DNA from: Amoeboaphelidium occidentale
Taxonomy: Eukaryota
DNA length: 46,186 bases
NCBI GenBank assembly: GCA_023515795.1
Contig: JALGPX010000110.1
Span: forward strand, 1 to 46,186
Reading direction: 5' to 3'
Shown here: piece after piece, positions 11,018 through 21,806 of the stretch
How the letters are laid out: each line of letters starts with the position of its first letter
Numbering within the stretch: position 1 is the first letter of the stretch
Notes under the pieces: generated by a model
Database searches by the model: none
Told to the model about the DNA's origin: nothing
What the model saw: the letters and a program-made list of their open reading frames with translations, nothing else
Program-made: the position numbers and the translations under genes

Positions 11018-11656
11018 ATGCATAGCATGAGGTTTTTGTCGCAGTTCTTGCAACTTCTGAAACAAGAAGATTTACCAGAGACTACGGAATGGAAAGAAGT
11101 AACGGAAACATGTTATGAAATTGCTACGACGAATACAGATTCCGAAGATGACCAGGAAGTAGCAAAGGAAATTCTGTATGAATTGTATGGAAAATCATTG
11201 CACAAAGAATTTTGGCATGCAGAAGCACTTGAGTTCGTTGAAACCACGGCATTATTAACCCTAAGTCGGCAAGAACGAATTAAAAATGCTGCTGATAGTC
11301 TGGCATGGCTTGCTTATGAATTTAAGCTCAGCTTTAAGGAATTCCGAGTGTCTGGGTCATGCTCGTTTCAATTGCTATTTCAGTGTTTCAGAACTTTTCC
11401 ATACGCGCTCATGTACATTTGGCCAGTCCTATCACAATGCAGAGTTCCCATTGAGCAACAGGCGTTATACGAACAATTCATAAAACTGTTCCTGTCTCAG
11501 TGTTACAAGGAGATTCGATGGTTTGATGCGAAAAAGCTTTTGCCTCTAACGGCGCAATTCAAAACGGATGAAGAGAAGAAAATCTATAAATTATTTACCG
11601 ACTATTTCCTTTTCCTCTTCTTTGTTTTCGGTCACTTTCGAATTGGCATTGTATGA
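11018..11656 (+). CDS. Hypothetical protein; 3' end overlaps convergent YTM1
   Basis: ~210-codon ORF filling the intergenic space, helical-looking composition, no recognised domain. Confidence 0.5.
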   Translation: MHSMRFLSQFLQLLKQEDLPETTEWKEVTETCYEIATTNTDSEDDQEVAKEILYELYGKSLHKEFWHAEALEFVETTALLTLSRQERIKNAADSLAWLAYEFKLSFKEFRVSGSCSFQLLFQCFRTFPYALMYIWPVLSQCRVPIEQQALYEQFIKLFLSQCYKEIRWFDAKKLLPLTAQFKTDEEKKIYKLFTDYFLFLFFVFGHFRIGIV

Positions 11657-12859
11657 CAGAACTCTACCATCTTCACAACCACAAATAATACGCTCTTCAC
11701 TCCATTTGACACAAAACAATCGTCCCAAATTATTCTTCTGCTTTGGTTTAATTGTGAACAGCGCAGTGCTAATCGCGTCTAAATCCCATAACTTCATTAC
11801 ACCGTCGTAACCAACAGACACGAACTTTGAGCTTTTTCCTTCCATACAGAAACTAACACCAGTAACCCATGACTTATGAGCTTTCACGGCTTTCTTGTTA
11901 ACTTCCAGTTGTAAATCATTCTGTTTCTTTGAGGACAGAGGATCATTCCAGACTCTGATAACTCCATCTGCATGACCTGCTATTATACAAGCCAATGAAG
12001 AACCTTCTGAGTTGACACGAGCATCAATTGAACAAACTGCGTGATCGCTACCGACACTAGCAAGACATGCGCGCTGTGATAAGGACCAGATACGAACAGA
12101 CTTATCCATACTGCCAGATATCAAATAATCATTTCCAACTGAAGATAAACAAGATACGGCATCGCTGTGCCCCGTCATTATGAATGATGGATCTTGTTTA
12201 ATTAACTTTCTTCGCTTGGATCTTTCTTCGCCAGTTTCTTGCTTTGGCTGCAGAGCGTACAAGCTTATTGAAGCATCATAGCATCCAACAGCAACGAACT
12301 CTCCGCAAATGCGAACACTCTCAACATTCTTAACGTCTGAGCGCCATAATTCTCTTAATTCGACTTCTTCGTCGTCTTCTTTAGGAGGATAATTAGAAAT
12401 CTTTGCAGCGCAAACGCCATTAGAACCACCGTAAACTAAAATATCACCATTGCAATGAATACTTTTAACAGAACCATCGACATCAAATTTCTTGCCTGCT
12501 ACAGTGATATGGCCATATCCACCAAACACTACTGCGCCACTCTTGGTGCGATCTACTGCGAGAACATATGAATCGCTTTCTTCTGTGTCGCATCGACTAA
12601 CGCGTACAGATTCCAATACCTCCAAAGTCAACACGTTCTCAGTTGATAAATGCTCCTTCTCTACGTACTCTTGAAGTGATGTAGAAAGCAAGCTCTGGTT
12701 GATAATAAAATCATAGTGTTTGCTCGATGATAGCAAATGGTTCACGATGGATGACAGTCCGCTTCTTGTCAAGCTCAAAGGAACGCGTAATCGAACATCC
12801 TCCAAAGCTACAGCCAACGGTTGAATAGCGCTTGTGAATTTCACTTGGATTTCTGCCAT
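11591..12859 (-). CDS. YTM1: Ribosome biogenesis protein Ytm1/WDR12 (NLE domain + WD40)
   Basis: QVKFTS..VPLSLTRSGLSSIVNHLL..YDFIINQSLLSTSL..HLSTENVLTLE (NLE/UBL domain); WD repeats GH..SGSMDKSVRIW, HKSWV..SVGYDGVMKLWD. Confidence 0.88.
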   Translation of the reverse strand: MAEIQVKFTSAIQPLAVALEDVRLRVPLSLTRSGLSSIVNHLLSSSKHYDFIINQSLLSTSLQEYVEKEHLSTENVLTLEVLESVRVSRCDTEESDSYVLAVDRTKSGAVVFGGYGHITVAGKKFDVDGSVKSIHCNGDILVYGGSNGVCAAKISNYPPKEDDEEVELRELWRSDVKNVESVRICGEFVAVGCYDASISLYALQPKQETGEERSKRRKLIKQDPSFIMTGHSDAVSCLSSVGNDYLISGSMDKSVRIWSLSQRACLASVGSDHAVCSIDARVNSEGSSLACIIAGHADGVIRVWNDPLSSKKQNDLQLEVNKKAVKAHKSWVTGVSFCMEGKSSKFVSVGYDGVMKLWDLDAISTALFTIKPKQKNNLGRLFCVKWSEERIICGCEDGRVLSYNANSKVTENKEEEKEIVGK

Positions 12860-12984
12860 TTGACAAGGTTTTGATGTTTGATCAGAAAAATTTGCCGAGG
12901 TGCAGGAGTTATTGCGCTTTTCTAGCAAAATGATCAACGAGAAAAACTCGAAAGTCGTAGTCGCACGATCACAATGCGTCACAA

Positions 12985-13132
12985 TACACAGAAGCATCCT
13001 AACATAAGTTAAAACTATAACTTACATTAAGACTACTGCTAATCAAGTCTTTCCCAGAACATCATTGGCTGCCTCTACCTAGTTTCTGCGTCGAGATCAC
13101 ATTGAGGCATTTGATGGTGTTGAAACACCAGA
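12985..13132 (-). ncRNA. Putative Fanzor omegaRNA scaffold, copy 1
   Basis: Directly 3' of the Fanzor stop; shares GCCTC..ATGTGRTC..AGAA..CTAGGYRGAGGCAGCCAA.GATG..GAAAG..TGATYAGC..GRTGCTTYTGTGTA with 45817-45934; terminal hairpin 12996-13033. Confidence 0.75.
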
Positions 13133-16045
13133 TTAGTTTCCCCTACGGAACGCCGGGGGCTTTCTACCACCATTGGCATTCATGTATAAGAAAACTCTTC
13201 TGATATTCCTTGCTCCATTCACATCTCGATTCCAGCGGGTCCGGCAGTTGTTATTGTTGCAACTCTTGATCGTCCAGATATCGGATTGAACTAACTCATT
13301 ATCACACTTCGAGCACAATTTGCTTGTCCTAAACTCAGGAACCAACCTGCACCTTGTTCTTCGTTTCAATTCCAAGAAAAGATGTTTGTTTGGAGTGGGT
13401 GGATGTCCTCTGGAGTTGTGACTGAAACCTCCACCACCATAAGCAATCACAACATCTTCAGCACCAGCAGCAAGCTCCTTATATAAANTATATAAAGTAT
13501 CATACGCCTTCTGTCGTTTAATTCGCGTCGTCCACCGGAGTCTTCTCCAACGCATGGCCCGGTAGAACCCAAGAAACTCATCGCGATATTCCAAAACATG
13601 TAACAAGTGTGTAATGTAACCATCTGTATTAGAACAGCACGGTGTTGGAGTTAAAGTAATCGCCATATGCCTGTCACGATCAGCTGTTATCCAAGTGTTT
13701 GCCTTCTTGGTAGAGTATCTAGTCCCTGATATCTCTTGCCAGCGACTGTTTGAACATTCCAAAACATCAGCAGCGGTATTCCCAGCCACGGCCACATACA
13801 GAGAGTTTCTGCCAGGGTCCAAAGCATCAACACGAGTCTGCCCATTAATTTCCAGAGGTATAAATTCTCCCTCATAGTTGTAACCCCAATCATTGATCTC
13901 AGATCTCTCAAACTGTTTCATGTTANCACGGTGTTGGAGTTAAAGTAATCGCCATATGCCTGTCACGATCAGCTGTTATCCAAGTGTTTGCCTTCTTGGT
14001 AGAGTATCTAGTCCCTGATATCTCTTGCCAGCGACTGTTTGAACATTCCAAAACATCAGCAGCGGTTTTTCCAGACACAGCGACATACAAGGAGTTTCTT
14101 CCCGGGTCCAAAGCAACAACACGAGTCTGCCCATTAATTTCCAACGGTATAAATTCTCCCTCATAGTTGTAACCCCAATCATTGATCTCAGATCTCTCAA
14201 ACTGTTTCATATTATGCTGGTGATATTCAACGCCATTAGTGGAAATAGAAAACCCAAAGCGCTTTGTAGCCGTAGTGAGTTTGTCTACGTTGAATGCTCG
14301 GCGCCACCATTCCATAGCATGAACTCTGAAAACTACTTTATCCCGAGGAACAACAATCCCAATATTCTCAGAAGTCATTAGATCATGTAGAGCGTCAGTA
14401 TCAATGAGTATAAACTTCTGTTTAAAAGTACTGATGGGAATGAGACTAAACAATCTCAAACCTCTCCCGTGNGGTATAAATTCTCCCTCATAGTTGTAAC
14501 CCCAATCATTCATCTCGGATCTCTCAAACTGTTTCATGTTATGCTGATGATACTCAACACCATTAGTGGAAATAGAGAAACCAAAACGCTTTGTAGCCGT
14601 AGTTAGTTTGTCTACGTTAAATGCTCGGGGCCACCATTCAATCGCATTAACTCTGAAAACCACTTTATCTCTAGGAACTACAATCCCAATATTCTCAGAA
14701 GTCATAAGATCATGCAGAGCGTCTGTATCAATGAGTATGAACTTCTGTTTAAAAGTACTGATGGGAGTGAGACTAAACAATCTCAAACCTCTCCCGTGTA
14801 TCCCATTCTCCTAGCGATTCTGAGCATCTTGTTTATAATTATTAACAAACGTTTTCAAAAGCCTGGACATCGGTTTTAAGTATGTCCTATTCAAAGTAAA
14901 AGTAGAGCACGGGGGATTATTAGAACTGTGATAGTTATTTATTAAATAGAATTTCATGGTCCTTTTTATATTTATTTCAGTTTCATCATTCAGATAAAGT
15001 ATCCAATCTTGAGAGGGCAATGACGGTTGTTTCAGGTCATTCATGATGGAATGACGCTTGTCGTCCGTGAACCATCAAACTTCAACACCCCCTCTAGCNG
15101 CTCCGGAGTAACAGCCTCAATGATGTTTAGCGGAATAGCGTAGAATCCTTCGTCCTCTTCAGTTCGTGTGATTTCATTCATTGCTACTGTAACGACTTCG
15201 TTAAAATCATCTGCACATAAGAAAGCTCTCAATTGTTTACCACGTTTCCAAATCAACCACTTCTTGATCCATTTTAAAAGATTAGTGACCACATGGTTTT
15301 GGCAGTTTGTAGAATGCATCCTAGCCATATTTGAAAGGAGCTGCCCTAACTTGGTGGAGTCATTCCAAGCCAAATGATCAGGCCTGCACCTCGAATATAT
15401 CTCATCCATATACTCATTTATCGAAGGAGTTGAAACAATCTTGTGTTAGTGTGGATTTCTAACTGCGTTAATGGAACATACTGCCTGATAGAACTCTCTC
15501 ATTATACCATCACTAAATCTCAAATCTGGAATGGGTCTGTTCTCTTCAATCATCCAAATCACGTATCCATTCAATAGACGTGAAACTTCAACTTGGATGT
15601 CGGTACAGCGTGCAACAGCATCCATAATAATGTCTTTGAGAGGAGCAATGCGCAATACTGAGTTCAAACCAGTAGTGGTCGTGACGGTCTTTTCAGGCAA
15701 CTCAGTATCTCGATACTGCAGTTTCAACCTAGGCTTGTACAGGGGACAGTTCTTGTTGCAGATTCTCTGATGCTCCGTACTGCCACACTTGCACCTTTTG
15801 CCGCCTTCTGGTTCCTTCCGTTTCTTTCCTCCTGCACTTGGGCCAATGCCACCCAAATCACCCACATCAACTGCCACTCCAGAATACTCAACCATACTCA
15901 TACTCAAAAACCCGTCCGTAGTAAATGTCTTTGGCATTTCATTCTCATCAACTCTCATATTTAAATCCAAGTCCATAGCGTCCTCAACTCGTAGTAAATG
16001 GTACTTATTCTTATGCTCGAAAATACTCATTGAATCCGTAGCCAT
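13133..16045 (-). pseudogene. Fanzor1-type RNA-guided endonuclease (TnpB-derived RuvC), disrupted and fragmented by assembly gaps
   Basis: RLFSLxP..FILIDTDAL, SISTNGV, RuvC-I ALDPGR, VIAYG, GHPPTP, RuvC-II VPEFRTSKLCSKC, Zn pair SCNNNNC, RuvC-III WNRDVNGARNI, C-terminal PPAFRR. In-frame stops at 15446-15448 (TAA) and 14811-14813 (TAG); N gaps at 13488, 13926, 14472, 15099. Start codon uncertain (16045, 15976 or 15901). Confidence 0.9.
13638..14798. repeat. Gap-flanking duplicated Fanzor segments (13638-13922 vs 13927-14211; 14134-14471 vs 14473-14798, approximate)
   Basis: Same protein segments appear twice with substitutions (VDALDPG/VVALDPG, AVAGNT/AVSGKT, WWPRAF/WWRRAF), each joined at an N. 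Confidence 0.85.
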
Positions 16046-16899
16046 ACAAAAAGAGCAAAAGCGAGCTAGCTTTCGAAGAAAGAATGCCTTGAAAGATGGT
16101 TTATGCGTGTGGCGTATGATTTCCCTGCTTGGGTCGAGTTGAAACAACGCGGTTCGTGCTGAAGTCGATGGCATCTTATTTACTCTTAAACGACCAAGGG
16201 ACATGGAATTCACGGATTTTCACGACGATATAGCTTGCTAATGATGTAAAACACTCATATTCACTGGTTTGGATCAACGCCTGAAGTCTAGAAGATATTT
16301 GTGGTATTTGTATGCGTTGCCTGTTACAGCCCAAGGGGCTTAAGGCGTTTTTGCACATTGATGCTACAGATACAACGAGCTACAGTAAGGAGTCTCATGA
16401 CTTCCTCATGAAGAATATATGTCTTGTTAATAAAGATCTTTCATCCGTGTTGAATAATCTTCGATTTAATACTTGTATCTCAGTTGTTTGATTCAAGAAA
16501 ATTGCCAGATTGACCTCTGCCGGGAATTGTAAAAATCTCTAGCCTCAAGAACTTTTCAATCAAAACATAATGCTATCACGCTAATTTAAGCTTAGAGAAA
16601 GACAATGGTAGCTTCATATCCTCGGTTACTTCAAAACTAGAGGAGTAATGCGGTCGGAGAAATTTCAGACCCGTTTGTTCTCCGACCGTATAGCTGAATG
16701 ATTCAGGCACCAATTGTAACAGTTGAGGTACCGATAGAAAGGGCGTACTTTGTCCTTAGTTTGGATGTAGATTTTATTGAGTTTTAGAGTAGTATGATGA
16801 ATTTTTAGTCCACTATGAAAATGGGCTGTCGTGAAACAACACCTAAACGTCACAGACACCTATAATATCAATATCAATCGATAGACAATAGAGTAAAGA

Positions 16900-19321
16900 C
16901 GACCATTATGGAAGGTCAGACTAAAATAGTTAGAACTGTTGAAGATATCTCGCTAAAACTGCTTTTGATGCATAAACGGTGCGCTTATGCTACGAAGCTG
17001 AAACTCGAGCTTCGAGCCCTTTGAGTGTTCCTATTACGATATCCATGCTTCTTATACCTCTATTCGTCTTGGTTGTTACGTTTTCAGCACATTTCGATGT
17101 TTGATTCGATCTTCGCTCGCTCTTGCTCGAGATTTGCTGCAATATCAAACAGCCCTCAGAAAAAACTACCATTCTTACGAATAAAATCAAGTGGCTTAGG
17201 GAATAAACGATAATTTGAATTCTGATGGTCTGGAACGCAATTTATTTAGAATGTTCTTGATAATCCTTCCTTCTTTGATTGAAACAGCGCGATCGCGATC
17301 AAAACATGGCGGCATAGCTTGCGTCCCAACAACTTAAGCCNAATTTGAATTCTGATGGTCTGGAATGCAATTTATTTAAAATGTTCTTGAAAATCCTTCC
17401 TTCTTTGATTGAAACAGCGCGATCGCGATCAAAACATGGCGGCATAGCTTGCGTCCCGACAATCTGTGCCAAATCTGATGGATGATTCTGAAAAGACATC
17501 ATGTGAAGCTCCTTACGCGCGAAATTCAACTCTCAAGCGTGAGTCTTGAGAATGCTTGTTGCCAATTGTTTCTCTGATTGTGAACTTTCTTATAGTTAGA
17601 GTGTGTTTAGCTCCAAAATAGCATATAGAGTTCTTTACCTGTCAAAGATAAAGGAATAGAGTCATACGATAAGGACGTTCAAGAAGAAGTCCATTGAGTT
17701 CTCACATGAGATCAAACATCAGTCTGAAACAACACCACCAAAACGCTACCGTTTCCCGAACTTTAAGCGTCATTTGAAAGAATAGTTAGAAAAGACTCTG
17801 AAATGGGAGTTTCATGGGTGCCGACTTAGAGCTGGCTCCGATATCTCGCTGAAACCACTTTTGGCGCATAAATGATGCCCCGACGCTGTGAAGCGGAAAC
17901 TTTGGCATAGAGCTCCAGAGCATCGAAACTACAATAAACATGCTAATTTTTTCCATGTAATAATGTAATTCTTTAGGAATTTCGATTTTGCTCGAATATT
18001 GAAAGTGCGAAAAGTAAAAGAATTTTTCTGACGGAAACAGCTGCAGAGTCTCAACAAGAAACGACATCGTATACAATGGCGCATACTGCGTTGGCAAGCT
18101 ATTGAAACAATCATCCGAGCGCAGGAAGACGGTGTACGAGTGTAACAAAGTGCTGAGTGGAGCGTGGTTCAAGCAGGCTTTCAAGATGTTTATTTCCAAA
18201 GATAGAAGCATAACAGTTCCACAGAGATAAGAAGACGCATTGAACTTCAAACGTTCATTGATATCTCCAGCCGACGCTGTGTCAATTAGAGGCAGGCTCC
18301 ATAAGCGTGTACTCCACACAGACTATTCAGTCTCTCCAATATGATCTTGAAACAGCCGAGGGTGATGAAGCGGAGCATATCTGAAGATTCAAGTCACCAG
18401 TTACGTCTCAGAGATGTAATATCNCCATCCGAGCGCAGGAAGACGGTGTACGAGTGTAACAAAGTTCTGATTTCAGAGTGGTTAAAGCAGGCTTTCAAGA
18501 TGTTTATTTCCAAAGATGGAAGCATAACAGTTCCACAGAGATAAGAAGACGCATTGAACTTCAAACGCTCGTTGAAATTGCCAAATAACGCTGCGTCAAT
18601 TACCGTCAGGTTCCATAAGCGTGTACTCCACACAGACTATTCAGTCTCTCCAATATGATCTTGAAACAGCCGAGGGTGATGAAGCGGAGCATATCTGAAG
18701 ATTCAAGTCACCAGTTACGTCTCAGAGATGTAATATCATCAGTATCGTGACTCTGAACTNTGATCTTGAAACAGCGGAGCCTGATACAGCGGAGTAGATC
18801 TGTGGCTACAAGTCACCAATTACGTCTCAGGGCTGTAGTATCATCAGTGCTGTGACTCTGAACGGTGGTTCCTTTAGTAATATCATAATGTTAATCGACC
18901 GTTAGTCCAACAGAAGCAATAAAAGAAGGTGAGAGGACTTTTCGAGCGTTTTTATTACGTTTTCTCGCGTGAGGAGCTAACTCGGACTCGCTGACCAGCT
19001 AACTCGGACTTCGCGAGCTCGATTTTGCAAAAAGTTTGCAAATCACAATAAAATCTATTTGGTATGGAGTTCATGTNATCTGAAGATTCAAGTCACCAGT
19101 TACGTCTCAGAGATGTAATATCATCAGTATCGTGACTCTGAACTGCGGTTCCTTGTGCAGTATCATAATCTTAATCGACCGTTAGTCCGATAGAAGCAAT
19201 AAAAGAAGGTGAGAGGACTTTTTCGAGCGTTTTTATTACGTTTTCTCGCATGAGGAGCTAAATCGGACTCGCTGACCAGCTAACTCGGACTTCGCGAGCT
19301 CGATTTTGCAAAAAGTTTGCA
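16900..19321 (-). pseudogene. Decayed, tandemly repeated sequence/gene family of unknown function
   Basis: 16944-17025 resembles 17840-17920; 18112-18423 is repeated at 18425-18735; blocks near 18650-18880 and 18800-19020/19078-19321 recur; reading frames carry many stops. Confidence 0.5.
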
Positions 19322-19414
19322 GGAGTTACAAAATCTAACCGTTTACACCGTTTCGTCAAACACTTGTTCATTCGTAAAAGTTTTACTCCTCGGTTTGATC
19401 AGAGATTATTAGCT

Positions 19415-20075
19415 ATGGCTGCAGTTCAAGTAAGATCTGATCTTTAGAAGGATACTGGTACTAATCGCTTCAGGAACACAGAGATGAGATCATCAAGGCA
19501 TATGAAGATGTTCGGTAATATGATCACATAGTAAATGATCTTCTTACAGATTGATAGCAATGACAAGACTGAGACAAACTGGTTACTGTTGAACTATACT
19601 GATGGAAAAGATTCCGTTCATGTTGCTGGTACTGGTTCTGGTGGCTTAGAGGAGTTGAAGCAACACTTGAAGCCTGATCATGCTCAATTCGGTTTTGTCA
19701 GACATGGTACCGCTTTTAGATGAATTGCCAACTTATAACTTTAAATCGAATAGTCTACTCTAACGATCCATTGTCTCAACGTGCAAAGTTCGTTTTCATT
19801 TCATGGTGCGGACCTCAAGTCAAAGTCATGAGAAAGGCAAAGTTGACAGTTCAAATCGCCGACATCAAGACAATTATTAAGGTATAATAGTATGAAATAT
19901 CGACATTGAGTTAACATGGTAGAGTTTTGCAGTTGAAGTTCAGGCTGACGATTTGGATTCTTTGAGTCTTGCTGAGGTTGAAAAATTGATCAAGAAGGCT
20001 GGTGGAGCAAACTGTAAGATTTAAGTTCTATTAAATGCTTATCTTTTAGATGACAGACAAGCTTCAAATTACTAA
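19415..20075 (+). CDS. Coactosin-like ADF-H actin-binding protein (6 exons)
   Basis: Spliced reading MAAVQ|EHRDEIIKAYEDVR|NDKTETNWLLLNY..GTGSGGLEEL..QFGFVR|..SQRAKFVFISWCGPQVKVMRKAK..|SFAVEVQA..KKAGGAN|YDRQASNY* using five short GT-AG introns. Confidence 0.9.
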
Positions 20076-20109
20076 GAAGCTTTCTAGTGGGACAAGAATA
20101 GATTTGATT

Positions 20110-21612
20110 TTAGTCAGAATCCTCGCGTTCTTCTAATGCTCCAACCTGTTTACTATAAGTCTTAATTCCAGCCATGTCCAAAAATTCAAGGACTTCCTGT
20201 TTTTGAGCTCTTTTACCAGAAGCCCTTAGCGCTCTTTCCCTGTCCAGAGTCTGTTTTGAGATTTCTTTCACTCTGATCGCATACACTTTGTCAATTAAAA
20301 ATTCTTCTTGTCCTGATAATGTTGGATTCTGAAATGTAGATGACACAGGATTTGCCTTAGAGTGACCGTGTATAAAATCCGCAGATAAAAAGAAGCCAAA
20401 GTAGTCAAATTGACCTCCCATTCCCAAACCATTCGGTAACGTATGAGTTCCATACTCAAAATATTGATAATTAGTGTTGAATGAAGATGCAGGATAAAAT
20501 GAAAAGCTAGGCCTTAATTGAAACAAAAAATTATTGGATGTACCATACCATTCGGGCCTTACATCCCATTCCTTCTCTGCGAAACAGCCAAAGTAATGAT
20601 TATCCTTGTCTTTTACAATGATCAAAGTAGAGCCTATCATTGTAATGCGATCAATGAAAGGATTAAAAGCATGACCATCTCTCAGAGAGTCATAAGCCAA
20701 GAACCATTTGGTACAAAAATCAGAATGTAAATGAAAATGCAGAAACCAAACATCTTCAACAGTCATGAAATCAGGTACAGCTTTGGTTAAAAATAGAGGT
20801 GGCTTCAGCAGGAACTTCCTTGCTTTTTGCTTAGCGAGCTTTTTATCCATTTGGGTTTTCTGAGGCATTTGATCAGTTGTTGTTGGTGACGAATTAGTAG
20901 CAGCTGTCGTATTCAATTCAGCTTTAGGCGGAGCAAATATTCTGATAAAGAAATTTTCTATAATCCTTCGAATGTAGTTATTGCTACCAACCCATTCAAC
21001 GAATTTTGAGACATCTTTTAAGTCCAATGTTTTATAATCAATAGTCTTCTCTGTATGCTGCAACAGAAACTGAGCAGCTGCTCCGTGCGCAGAAGACGGC
21101 AAAGGATCAGAGTCTTTTCCTGATAAAATACGATGTATGAAGGCGTCACTTAATTGTTCCGGTAACTTCAATTCATCAAAACTTCCCTTGTATAATGTCA
21201 TCTCGATCTTTATGAGCTTTCTGGCCCATGACTCTAAAGATCGCGCATTACTTATGTTCCACAGTATATGAATAGCACGAGCTGTAGCGTAGTATGAATC
21301 GTCAGTAACAAAGCTAGTGAACTTCAACACATCAACGAAACGCAAAGCTGTCCCACTTGCCCTTGGCTCAGTAAGCTTTGCTGAAACAGAAGCTGCACCG
21401 GATAAGTACTCTAAATTGGCGAATATCAGGGGAAACCTCGAAGCAACTTCATCAGGAACATGAGGGAACATCACTTTGAATTGAGCAGCTCTGAATGCTT
21501 TTGTATGACCATCAACCATTCCATCGTAAACCTTCCGTAAATATGCTGCTTCTTTTGCGTCGAAATGCTGTAAAATATTCTGCTCTTCCTCTTTCGAATG
21601 TCCGTGGCCCAT
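20110..21612 (-). CDS. TLDc-domain protein (Rtc5/MEAK7-like), probable N-myristoylation
   Basis: MGHGHSK start; YDSLRDGHAF, TLIIVKD..FGCFAEKEW..YGTSNNFLFQL, PNGLGMGGQFDYFG, TFQNPTLS. Confidence 0.88.
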   Translation of the reverse strand: MGHGHSKEEEQNILQHFDAKEAAYLRKVYDGMVDGHTKAFRAAQFKVMFPHVPDEVASRFPLIFANLEYLSGAASVSAKLTEPRASGTALRFVDVLKFTSFVTDDSYYATARAIHILWNISNARSLESWARKLIKIEMTLYKGSFDELKLPEQLSDAFIHRILSGKDSDPLPSSAHGAAAQFLLQHTEKTIDYKTLDLKDVSKFVEWVGSNNYIRRIIENFFIRIFAPPKAELNTTAATNSSPTTTDQMPQKTQMDKKLAKQKARKFLLKPPLFLTKAVPDFMTVEDVWFLHFHLHSDFCTKWFLAYDSLRDGHAFNPFIDRITMIGSTLIIVKDKDNHYFGCFAEKEWDVRPEWYGTSNNFLFQLRPSFSFYPASSFNTNYQYFEYGTHTLPNGLGMGGQFDYFGFFLSADFIHGHSKANPVSSTFQNPTLSGQEEFLIDKVYAIRVKEISKQTLDRERALRASGKRAQKQEVLEFLDMAGIKTYSKQVGALEEREDSD

Positions 21613-21806
21613 TGTAAGGTTTCTATGCGATTTGCCAGCAACGCTCGACACAAACAAATCAAGATTGCACACAGAAATGTTCATCCCAAAAGTGTTCAGA
21701 AAATTGAAGAGCTGCCCTTGCTTGGGATCCTCTTGAAACCCTCAAATAACGACACAGTCTCATATCTCCTATTTCTTCCTGACAATCTCGACGATCTCTC
21801 ATTTCA

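Larger units (their letters stand above)
12985..16045 (-). mobile_element. Fanzor-carrying element, apparently non-autonomous; left end not defined
   Basis: Fanzor ORF plus conserved right end shared with a second copy at 45817-46186; no transposase recognised nearby. Confidence 0.65.

Noticed and set aside
18976..19010. Short direct repeat as a possible CRISPR-like array
   Set aside because: Only two 13-bp units with a short spacer, in a eukaryotic context with no cas genes.
484..19321. Many 180-340 bp tandem duplications (at N positions 672-682, 1596, 6780, 13926, 14472, 17341, 18424, 18760, 19077)
   Set aside because: Each pair is joined exactly at an N, the signature of unmerged contig overlaps from alleles or collapsed paralogs; not treated as true tandem repeats or arrays.
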